A stretch of 61,551 bases of DNA from Ignavibacteriota bacterium (lineage in GTDB: Bacteria; Bacteroidota; Ignavibacteria; UBA10030). The notes under the pieces were generated by a model, which made no database searches, had not been told where the DNA came from, and saw nothing but the letters and a program-made list of their open reading frames with translations. The position numbers and the translations under genes were made by a program. Shown here in pieces: positions 44,308 through 51,286 of this stretch (the stretch's first letter is position 1; each line of letters starts with the position of its first letter). The stretch is taken from NCBI GenBank assembly GCA_003142575.1, contig PLMS01000114.1:8227-69777 (forward strand), given 5' to 3'.

Positions 44308-45992
44308 AATTAATTCATCTTGGGTACGAAATCGGGACCGGCAACGCGGTCGGCGTTCCTCTTTCTCATCTTATCGTTACCGGACTCACACAGCTCTCCG
44401 GAAAAACAACGACGCTCGAGGCGCTTATCACTCGCAGCGATCTTAAAGCGATCGTCTTTCGCACTAAGCCCGGCGAGCGCGGGTTTGCAAACGCCCAGCG
44501 CATTCCTCCTTATTTTAAAGAGCGATCCGATTGGCAATACGTCTCCGCGCTCCTGGAGGCAACACTGAAAGAAAAAATGCGGTTCGAGCGTTCATGGATT
44601 ATGACCGCCTGCAAGGGAACAAGTTCTCTCCTGGAAGTGAAAAGAAATATCGAAACAGCGCTTGCCAATCCAAAAACGAATTCGCTCAGCCGCAGCGTGT
44701 ACACAACGCTCGATGAATATTTAAATTTAATCCTTCCTCAGATCTCCGTAACGACATTCAGCAACACACTCGAACTACAAACCGGCATCAATGTCATGGA
44801 CCTTGAACGGCTGCGCGAGGAGCTGCAATCGCTCATCATCCGAAGTGTGCTCGAAATCGTGCTGAAGGAAATGCACGACGTTATAGTTGTAATTCCCGAG
44901 GCGTGGAAATTCATGCCGCAGGAGCGAGGCAATCCATGCAAGCAACTCGCAGAAGAGTTTATCCGCCAGGGCGCGACAAATCATAACTACCTCTGGATCG
45001 ATTCACAGGATATGAGCGGCGTCGACAAGACGCCTTTGAAACAGGTTTCAACCTGGATACTCGGACTTCAATCCGAACGAAATGAAGTACGGCATACTTT
45101 AGATCAGATGCCTATCCCCAAAAAACTGCGGCCGGCCGAAGATGAAATCATGACATTAAAGCGCGGACATTTTTATGCATGTACTCCGCAGTGGAGCAAA
45201 AAGATTTATGTGCAGCCATCCTGGTTGGATGATGAAATGGCGAAGGCGATCGCAATTGGCGAAAAGAGTGTCGATGAAATTCAACGTCCTCTTCTGGCAA
45301 CTTTGCCTCCGCTGCCGTCCATGCCAAAACAGATTCCGGATGAAAAGCTTATCGCGCTCGAACAACTGCAGAAAGAAATCCAATCCATTCGAAAGGATTT
45401 CTTCGGACAGGTGCAGCAGCTGACAGATTATGTCCGCAAGGTTTCGGAAAGCATCGCAACTGTTCAGCCGATGTCGCTGCCATTGCAAGCGATGGATGCT
45501 GATCATATCGCACTCGAGGTGATGCAGAAACTGCCGAACAAAGAGATTCTTGTCGCCGAGATAACCAAGGCAGTTCTTGCTCAGATTCCTAAAGGCGGGA
45601 CCGGCGGCGCCGTGCAATATGAAGTCGCGCCGATAGCTGCTCTGCAGAAGAAATTCCTGCAGGAAGCGAAAGAAAGATTGGTGCAGCTTATCAAAGCTCT
45701 TCCGGAAGATCAAAAGAAAGCGCTCCTCTTTGTGGAGAGCCTTGCAAAGGGAGTGGAGCATGGTCAGATCTGCGAGAAATGCTTCGGATGGAAGACGAGC
45801 GGAGATTACAGCACGAAGGTAAAAAATATGCGACTCGCCTTGAAAGCGGCCGGACTGCTGCGCGTCGATAATAAAGCGCGATCGTTCCCGTATCTGAAAG
45901 AAAAGATACGATCTGAAATCGCGCTGCACGGCGCTACCGACGAAGAAATAGATCAGCTTTACAATCACATCCTGGCGGAAGTACTAAAATGA
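44304..45992 (+). CDS. HerA/DUF87-like P-loop ATPase with atypical Walker motifs
   Basis: TGLTQLSGKTTTLEAL (P-loop), VIVVIPEAWKF (Walker B position with P instead of D), NYLWIDSQDMSG. The C-terminal roughly 200 aa are helical. ATGA overlap with the ASCH gene. Confidence 0.5.
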   Translation: MKLIHLGYEIGTGNAVGVPLSHLIVTGLTQLSGKTTTLEALITRSDLKAIVFRTKPGERGFANAQRIPPYFKERSDWQYVSALLEATLKEKMRFERSWIMTACKGTSSLLEVKRNIETALANPKTNSLSRSVYTTLDEYLNLILPQISVTTFSNTLELQTGINVMDLERLREELQSLIIRSVLEIVLKEMHDVIVVIPEAWKFMPQERGNPCKQLAEEFIRQGATNHNYLWIDSQDMSGVDKTPLKQVSTWILGLQSERNEVRHTLDQMPIPKKLRPAEDEIMTLKRGHFYACTPQWSKKIYVQPSWLDDEMAKAIAIGEKSVDEIQRPLLATLPPLPSMPKQIPDEKLIALEQLQKEIQSIRKDFFGQVQQLTDYVRKVSESIATVQPMSLPLQAMDADHIALEVMQKLPNKEILVAEITKAVLAQIPKGGTGGAVQYEVAPIAALQKKFLQEAKERLVQLIKALPEDQKKALLFVESLAKGVEHGQICEKCFGWKTSGDYSTKVKNMRLALKAAGLLRVDNKARSFPYLKEKIRSEIALHGATDEEIDQLYNHILAEVLK

Positions 45993-46222
45993 CAGAAATA
46001 CAAAACGCGGGGCTAACTAAACTCTTTGCCGATATGCCTCTCGAAGAAAATTATTTATTTGAAGAGGTTAAAGGGCTGATTCGCACAGCGTTTGAACTCG
46101 GCTTAAAACTTGGCAGCAAGGGAAAAAAGAAGAAACATTTCAAGCGTCCTGCAGGACATCCGGAAGGATGCCTATGCGAGATCTGTTTTGCGCCCGTGCA
46201 CGAAGCCGCGAGGAAATTATGA
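45989..46222 (+). CDS. Small basic Cys-containing protein
   Basis: 77 aa. KGKKKKHFKRPAGHPEGCLCEICFAPVH. Confidence 0.35.
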   Translation: MTEIQNAGLTKLFADMPLEENYLFEEVKGLIRTAFELGLKLGSKGKKKKHFKRPAGHPEGCLCEICFAPVHEAARKL

Positions 46223-46239
46223 TTCCTCTTCATTCGACC

Positions 46240-46270
46240 AATCACCAAATCACTAAATCGGAAATCGCAC
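46240..46270 (+). repeat. Octamer array, 4 units
   Basis: AATCACCA AATCACTA AATCGGA AATCGCAC, running into ATG 46272. Confidence 0.75.
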
Positions 46271-46271
46271 A

Positions 46272-46595
46272 ATGACCACCAAACCAATCAAGCAACTCGA
46301 CGATGCAATGCTCGCAGAAATGCAACGAGAGAATAGAAACGGACTCAGTTTCCGCGAGATAAAAAAAATATGCAAGGATGTAGTGCCGTTTCTTGAATGC
46401 TATGGTAAAGAAGTATTGGAAGGCAGCCCATTTGTCCATGCGGTGCTTTCATACATCGAAAATCTTGAAAACAACGGATTGGTAAAAGTAACGCGCAGAG
46501 GCAAATTTATTCTCCGCATCGATCTGACCGAGCGTGGAAAGGAATTAATCAAGAACACAATTTTCTCTGATAAGGATGAAAGAGCAAAGCATTGA
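46272..46595 (+). CDS. Winged-helix protein, last early gene (late-regulator candidate)
   Basis: LSFREIKKICKD...LSYIENLENNGLVKVTRRGKFILRIDLTERG is wHTH-like. Sits just upstream of the late-control region. Confidence 0.4.
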   Translation: MTTKPIKQLDDAMLAEMQRENRNGLSFREIKKICKDVVPFLECYGKEVLEGSPFVHAVLSYIENLENNGLVKVTRRGKFILRIDLTERGKELIKNTIFSDKDERAKH

Positions 46596-46620
46596 AAATC
46601 TTTCGTTTTTTCATTATACT
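46592..46620 (+). promoter_or_regulatory. Sigma-70-type promoter
   Basis: TTGAAA (46592-46597), 17-nt spacer, TATACT (46615-46620). Confidence 0.55.
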
Positions 46621-46635
46621 ACAATCGTTCAAATG

Positions 46636-46732
46636 CTGTACCGGTTCGCCTCTCCGACACGGGGTGGATGTCCAGGTGTTTTTTGCCCGGGCAACCTTCC
46701 CGTTTACCGTGAGGGGCGGGGCGTCGGTACAG
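46636..46732 (+). ncRNA. Candidate structured RNA / leader element
   Basis: About 10 nt downstream of the predicted transcription start. CTGTACCG (46636-46643) pairs with CGGTACAG (46725-46732). Inner CGCCUC/GGGGCG and CACGG/CCGUG pairings are possible. By hand count about 62 of 97 nt are G/C, against AT-rich flanks. No ORF. Confidence 0.3.
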
Positions 46733-46794
46733 TGGCGTGAACAAAGATTGTCCGGACAAGTTCCATTTTTACGTGCCAAATCACCCGGGGAGAA

Positions 46795-47001
46795 ATGCTG
46801 ATGCCGAGTCTTAACGACCTTATCAACTTATTGGATAAAATATCTAAAACAAAATACCCGCAAAAGATCGAAGAAATTAATTATAATGGACACGGTGAGT
46901 TTCATTGGAAATTTCTGGAACAAGATGTGCTCGCGAGCGAATATACTCCTCGTGCACCAAGACAGCATGAATGCAGTCATGCCGCCGAATCTAAGACATA
47001 A
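46795..47001 (+). CDS. Hypothetical small protein
   Basis: 68 aa (or 66 aa from ATG 46801, with GGGGAG upstream). Confidence 0.35.
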   Translation: MLMPSLNDLINLLDKISKTKYPQKIEEINYNGHGEFHWKFLEQDVLASEYTPRAPRQHECSHAAESKT

Positions 47002-47008
47002 CTTTGCA

Positions 47009-47037
47009 TTGACATACGGTTAAGAAGTTAGTAGATT
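47009..47037 (+). promoter_or_regulatory. Sigma-70-type promoter upstream of the terminase arm
   Basis: TTGACA (47009-47014), 17-nt spacer, TAGATT (47032-47037). Confidence 0.6.
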
Positions 47038-47073
47038 AGACATAGTTTAATACCGGGTTATCGGATCATAACG

Positions 47074-47137
47074 AGCCCCAATCTTTTTGTAAGGATTTGA
47101 TTAATCAAATCCCCACAAGAGGGTTGGGGCTTTTTTT
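47074..47137 (+). terminator. Intrinsic terminator in the leader of the terminase arm
   Basis: AGCCCCAA (47074-47081) pairs with TTGGGGCT (47124-47131), followed by T7. An inner perfect hairpin GGATTTGATTAATCAAATCC lies at 47093-47112. Confidence 0.65.
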
Positions 47138-47143
47138 GTTTTT

Positions 47144-47167
47144 GTAGGGACACGATATATCGTGTCC
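47144..47167 (+). repeat. GTAGGGGC-hairpin element
   Basis: GTAGGGACACGATATATCGTGTCC, followed by GAAAGGTGAGG and ATG 47186. Confidence 0.75.
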
Positions 47168-47185
47168 GATGAAAGGTGAGGTTGT

Positions 47186-47659
47186 ATGGCACACAAGAAC
47201 GAACGAATCGATGCCAAACGTTTCTACATCGAAGAAGGTCTCGATGTTGCCGCGATTTCAAAGCGCATCAATATCCCTGAAACTACAATCTACCGATGGA
47301 AATCGGATGATGTGACAAGCGGAAACGATTGGGATAAAGAACGCGAAGCAATCGGACTCACTTCGTTCTCCGCAACAAAAAGCATGCTCGCCATCGTTGT
47401 AGAGCGCATGGCACAGATGGTCGAAGAGATTAAGACTTCAAAGAAAATTAATCCATCGGAAGTATACGCAATCCGCCAGCTGATGCTCTCCGCGAAAGCG
47501 CTGCAAAAAGATGTCGACAATTACGGCAATGTGCTTCTGATGACCTCTGAGCTGACAGAATTCCTCGCCGAGCGAGATAATGAAACCTTACAGCTTATTC
47601 AACCGCTGCTGATAGAGTTTGGAAATGCAATGAGTAAAAAATACGGCAAGAAACGATAA
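47186..47659 (+). CDS. Small-terminase-like HTH protein (DUF1804-like)
   Basis: RFYIEEGLDVAAISKRINIPETTIYRWK is an HTH. Directly upstream of the large terminase. Confidence 0.55.
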   Translation: MAHKNERIDAKRFYIEEGLDVAAISKRINIPETTIYRWKSDDVTSGNDWDKEREAIGLTSFSATKSMLAIVVERMAQMVEEIKTSKKINPSEVYAIRQLMLSAKALQKDVDNYGNVLLMTSELTEFLAERDNETLQLIQPLLIEFGNAMSKKYGKKR

Positions 47660-47664
47660 CCAAT

Positions 47665-47696
47665 CTCCTCTCCTTTAGGAGAGGGTTAGGGTGAGG
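47665..47696 (+). repeat. TCTCCCCC-type hairpin element, copy G (degenerate)
   Basis: CTCTCC-TTTA-GGAGAG-GGTTAGGGTGAGG, immediately before ATG 47701. Confidence 0.6.
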
Positions 47697-47700
47697 TTTT

Positions 47701-49353
47701 ATGTTGACTCAGAAAGACTTTGAAAAGCAATATAGCGAACTGATGCAGCGCATTCAGAAGCAAGCGACGCCGTTTCCGAACGACAGCGCCGAGAAAAAAC
47801 GCGCGCGTATTGCTCGCGCTAAAGTCGACAAGTTCTTTTTCTGCATAACCTATCTGCCGCATTACTGCGAAACTAAAGAGGAGTATCGGACGATATGGAA
47901 GACTCCGGATGCGCCGCTGGATCCAATCGATGCCGGTTTCTCTCCGATTCATCCTGAATTTTTTAAGATCGCGGAGCTGCCAAATATATTTTCTATTGTA
48001 GCTGCCTTCCGCGAATCCGCAAAAGATACACTCCTCGGCAAAGCCGATCCGCTGCATAAGTTGTTGTTTGCCGAACGATGGTTCGTCCCGATTATTGCCA
48101 AGACGCAGGATAAAGCCGAAACGAAATGCGTTCCGATAAAGCTCGAGTTGGAAATCAACGAGCGTATCAAGAATGACTTCGGCAAATTGCAGGGAAGTGT
48201 CTCATGGGAGTTCGGTGACTTCATAACCACCACGGGCCGCAAGGTGAAGGGCTACGGACGCGAGCAATCGCTGCGCGGCGAGGAAAATTTCGGACATCGT
48301 CCGGATCATATAATTTTAAACGACATTGACGATCCGACAAAGCCGGATTCTCCGGCACTCGTTCAGAAATTTATAGATAGTGTAAAGCAGGACATTCTCA
48401 AAGCTGTTAACTCTCCTCACTGGAGCGCGTTGCTTCTTTGTAATTTTACGGTCAAAGGAAATATCATAGATGAGCTGATGACCGGAAAATACACATCGCA
48501 TTTTAATAAACGCATCTTCCGTGCTCTCGTTGAAAATCCTCTGGCAACAAAAGACGATCGCGCAATTGCTAAAAAATGTAGAGAAGCCGGCTTTACCGAC
48601 AGCGAGAAGAGCGCCTGGGAGTTCCGACATCCGACATTGAAGCTTCTGCAGGACCGTAAAAATGATCCGGAAACGTTCCAACCGGAAATGCAGATGATGC
48701 CGCGCAGTCGAAGGGACCAGAAATTTAAAGACCATTATTTCCGCTTCCACACACGCGAGCAGCTCGCAGCGCGAACTTACACGAATTATACTTTTGTGGA
48801 TCCATCGGCTAATGATGCCGGCGATTACAAAGCTGTCATCACCGTTGGCGTTGCAGGATTGCCGGATGGCACGATCCATATTCCGGTCCGTCGCGCCTGG
48901 ATTCAACAAGGACCTATCGATGAAATGATCGATGCGACATATCGCCAAAGGCGTGAGTTCCATTCAAAACTTGTCGGCGTCGAAACGAACGGATTTCAAA
49001 TCCTTCTTAAACGCGAATACATGCGGCTTCAAAAGAAGTATAAAGAGTTGCTGCCGTTCTTCGAGGTCGTTCACACCGGCGAGAGTAAAGAGAGCCGTAT
49101 CGAGCGGATCGTTCCATTCGTGAAAGAAGGAATTATCACATTCGACCAATCCGATCCGGATCAGGAATTACTCATTCGGCAATGCAAAGCGTTTCCGCAA
49201 GGTGGACAAGTTTCTGCAGGCGGGCTCGGTGATGATGGTCCGGATACGCTTGCCGGTTGTGTTGAACTGATCGAAAAATTCCCGCACGCCGGTGAAGTAG
49301 CATATGAGAGTGTCTCAAAACGTGAAGCCGTTTTTGAAAAAGGCGCATGGTGA
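47701..49353 (+). CDS. Terminase large subunit (Mu gp28-like)
   Basis: 550 aa. The C-terminal nuclease-like motifs are FVDPSANDAGDYKAVITVGV, GVETNGFQ and GDDGPDTLAGCVE. Position supports the call. Confidence 0.75.
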   Translation: MLTQKDFEKQYSELMQRIQKQATPFPNDSAEKKRARIARAKVDKFFFCITYLPHYCETKEEYRTIWKTPDAPLDPIDAGFSPIHPEFFKIAELPNIFSIVAAFRESAKDTLLGKADPLHKLLFAERWFVPIIAKTQDKAETKCVPIKLELEINERIKNDFGKLQGSVSWEFGDFITTTGRKVKGYGREQSLRGEENFGHRPDHIILNDIDDPTKPDSPALVQKFIDSVKQDILKAVNSPHWSALLLCNFTVKGNIIDELMTGKYTSHFNKRIFRALVENPLATKDDRAIAKKCREAGFTDSEKSAWEFRHPTLKLLQDRKNDPETFQPEMQMMPRSRRDQKFKDHYFRFHTREQLAARTYTNYTFVDPSANDAGDYKAVITVGVAGLPDGTIHIPVRRAWIQQGPIDEMIDATYRQRREFHSKLVGVETNGFQILLKREYMRLQKKYKELLPFFEVVHTGESKESRIERIVPFVKEGIITFDQSDPDQELLIRQCKAFPQGGQVSAGGLGDDGPDTLAGCVELIEKFPHAGEVAYESVSKREAVFEKGAW

Positions 49354-49364
49354 TTAATTCTTTT

Positions 49365-49388
49365 GTAGGGGCACGACATGTCGTGCCC
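49365..49388 (+). repeat. GTAGGGGC-hairpin element
   Basis: GTAGGGGCACGACATGTCGTGCCC, followed by GAAAGGTGA and ATG 49405. Confidence 0.75.
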
Positions 49389-49404
49389 GAAAGGTGAATG
49401 TAAA

Positions 49405-49665
49405 ATGAAGAGACGAATCAAAGCTTTTTTCATCGCAACGCTCTCATTCATATTTCCGGTGAGCTGGAGGCATGGATTAAGAAGGCGCTGCCATTTTGGA
49501 AAATTAAACTCATTCGATCATCCCCTCTTTGTGAAATTTCTCGGATTGTTTTTCGATGTGCGCACGAGTGTAAAAGGAAATGTCGAGTTTTGGTTCGGTG
49601 AAAGAGAAAAAGTGAAGCAGAAGAGACGTTTTAGAAAATTATTAAAGCGAATCGTGGCACAATGA
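49405..49665 (+). CDS. Small basic protein
   Basis: 86 aa with an Arg/Lys-rich C-terminus (KQKRRFRKLLKRI). Confidence 0.35.
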   Translation: MKRRIKAFFIATLSFIFPVSWRHGLRRRCHFGKLNSFDHPLFVKFLGLFFDVRTSVKGNVEFWFGEREKVKQKRRFRKLLKRIVAQ

Positions 49666-49760
49666 AGCATTGGTTATTAATATTAATTTTATTCATCGTT
49701 CAAACGTCCTCCTCGGATGCTGTAAAAACAACACATCATCCACCATCACAGGAGTACTGT

Positions 49761-50558
49761 ATGAACAAACTTTTTGCATACCCGGGCGGCAAGTGGCCGA
49801 TCCGTCATCTCGTCATTTCAGCATATCCTCCACACACGACTTACGTCGATGTGTTTGGCGGGTCCGCTGCACTGATTATCTCTAAAGAGAAGAGTGCCGG
49901 CGAAGTCTTCAACGATAAGAACGAAGAACTCGCTAACTTTTTCCGTGTTGTCAAGCATCGGCCGGCTGAACTTGCCGAACGCGCAAAACACTGGCTGCAT
50001 AGCCGAGCGCTGTGGAATGAATTGAAAAAGGCACAGCGCTCTCCTGATGAAATAGAACGCGCTTTTGTATTTTGGGTTTCTCTGGCAGATAGTTTCGGCG
50101 GCATGGGAAAGAACTTTGGAACTGCCAAATCTGGCATTCGATCTGTTACGCATTCAAGAGAATATCTTTCGGCTGTAGCGGAAAGATTCGCTGGTGTCCA
50201 TGTGGAATGTCTCGACTTTCGCGGATGCATCCGCGTTTATGATTCACCGGAAACATTCTTTTATATCGATCCGCCATATCCGGATACGCGAGGCGGTTCT
50301 TCAAATTACGATCTCCTCACCGAACAGGATTGGATCGATCTGCGCGACCAATTGAAGAGCATCAAAGGAAAGTTTTTACTTTCCTCGAACGATCATAAAC
50401 TGGTGAAGAAATTGTTTGCCGAATTCAATATTCGGAAGATTAATGTTCGTGTCACGCTGCCAAAAAATAATAGCAACGCGATGCGAAAGGAACTGCTCAT
50501 CAGTAATTATACTCTGCCTCCTCTTTGCACGAAGGAAAAACTGTCAAAATCTGCATGA
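49761..50558 (+). CDS. N6-adenine DNA methyltransferase (Dam-like, D12 class)
   Basis: AGGAG lies 7 nt before ATG 49761. MNKLFAYPGGKWP. FVDVFGGSAA (AdoMet motif). FFYIDPPY (catalytic DPPY). Confidence 0.8.
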   Translation: MNKLFAYPGGKWPIRHLVISAYPPHTTYVDVFGGSAALIISKEKSAGEVFNDKNEELANFFRVVKHRPAELAERAKHWLHSRALWNELKKAQRSPDEIERAFVFWVSLADSFGGMGKNFGTAKSGIRSVTHSREYLSAVAERFAGVHVECLDFRGCIRVYDSPETFFYIDPPYPDTRGGSSNYDLLTEQDWIDLRDQLKSIKGKFLLSSNDHKLVKKLFAEFNIRKINVRVTLPKNNSNAMRKELLISNYTLPPLCTKEKLSKSA

Positions 50559-50696
50559 AAAAGTATTTTAAATACGGCATCTGCCTGTTTATAACGCTCA
50601 CAATCGCGTACGTTTGCACCACGTTGCGTAGTTGTGGCGAGTCCGGGCAAATATCCGACCAACAACTATTTATCTAATAATCAAAGGAGTATTATC

Positions 50697-51272
50697 ATGG
50701 TGCCAACTTCATTAACTGCGATACTCATCCTGTTTGTATTCGCATTTGTTATAAAAAAAATCACCGGCATGCCTGTATTCGCCTGTGCGATGATGGCTGG
50801 TAAATCCGATTGGCTCGAGAATAAGCTCATTGACTTTTTATTTAGGGGTCAAACATTGCCGCTTACGGGCGCAACGGCGTCATGGTCGGCAGCGCCTGCG
50901 CTGTTTATTGCTCTTGGCACCGCCGCATCAGATGCATCATTCACAGAGTTACCGGCTACCGGCAGTTACGCGCGTGTAAAAATATGCGCCGGTGCAGCAA
51001 TGGCGCTAACCGACATGGCGGGTACACAAGCAGCCGCATCAACGACGGCTTCGAGCGGCACGAGCGGACAAACAAGCAATAATAATGCCGTCACATTTCC
51101 AACCGCGACCGCAGATTGGAATAGCGCGGCGATAATAGGTTACTTCGCAATTTACGACGCCTTAACAAATGGCAATCTGCTTTACTGGGCAGCATTGACA
51201 ACGGCACGTGCAGTAACCAATGGCACGACTGCTTCCTTCGCAGCAGCAGCATTGACCGTCACGGAAGACTGA
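50697..51272 (+). CDS. Conserved phage protein with hydrophobic N-terminus and fibre/collar-like beta domain
   Basis: AAAGGAG lies 6 nt before ATG 50697. N-terminus MVPTSLTAILILFVFAFVIKKITG. The pattern LIDFLFRGQ...GSYARV...TSNNNAVTFPTATADW...FAIYDALTNGNLLYWAAL recalls a common phage family, from memory. Confidence 0.45.
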   Translation: MVPTSLTAILILFVFAFVIKKITGMPVFACAMMAGKSDWLENKLIDFLFRGQTLPLTGATASWSAAPALFIALGTAASDASFTELPATGSYARVKICAGAAMALTDMAGTQAAASTTASSGTSGQTSNNNAVTFPTATADWNSAAIIGYFAIYDALTNGNLLYWAALTTARAVTNGTTASFAAAALTVTED

Positions 51273-51286
51273 TAATATTGAGATGA

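Noticed and set aside
45156-45968. 270-aa minus-strand ORF inside the ATPase gene. The same applies to 48316..48963 inside the large terminase, 40271..40897, and the plus-strand ORFs inside the tape measure gene (19994..20392 and others).
   Set aside because: All are antisense shadows of long ORFs with clear motifs. None has a start context or a recognisable domain.
20634-46270. The octamer arrays as CRISPR arrays or as ordinary coding low-complexity regions
   Set aside because: The units are 8 nt and contiguous, with no spacers, and no cas genes are present. Most arrays are intergenic, so they are not simply peptide repeats.
46620-46740. A tRNA or tmRNA in the GC-rich block
   Set aside because: I could not draw a cloverleaf. 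GGTTCGCC is not followed by a complementary T-stem, and there is no acceptor/anticodon geometry. It is kept only as a generic structured-RNA candidate.
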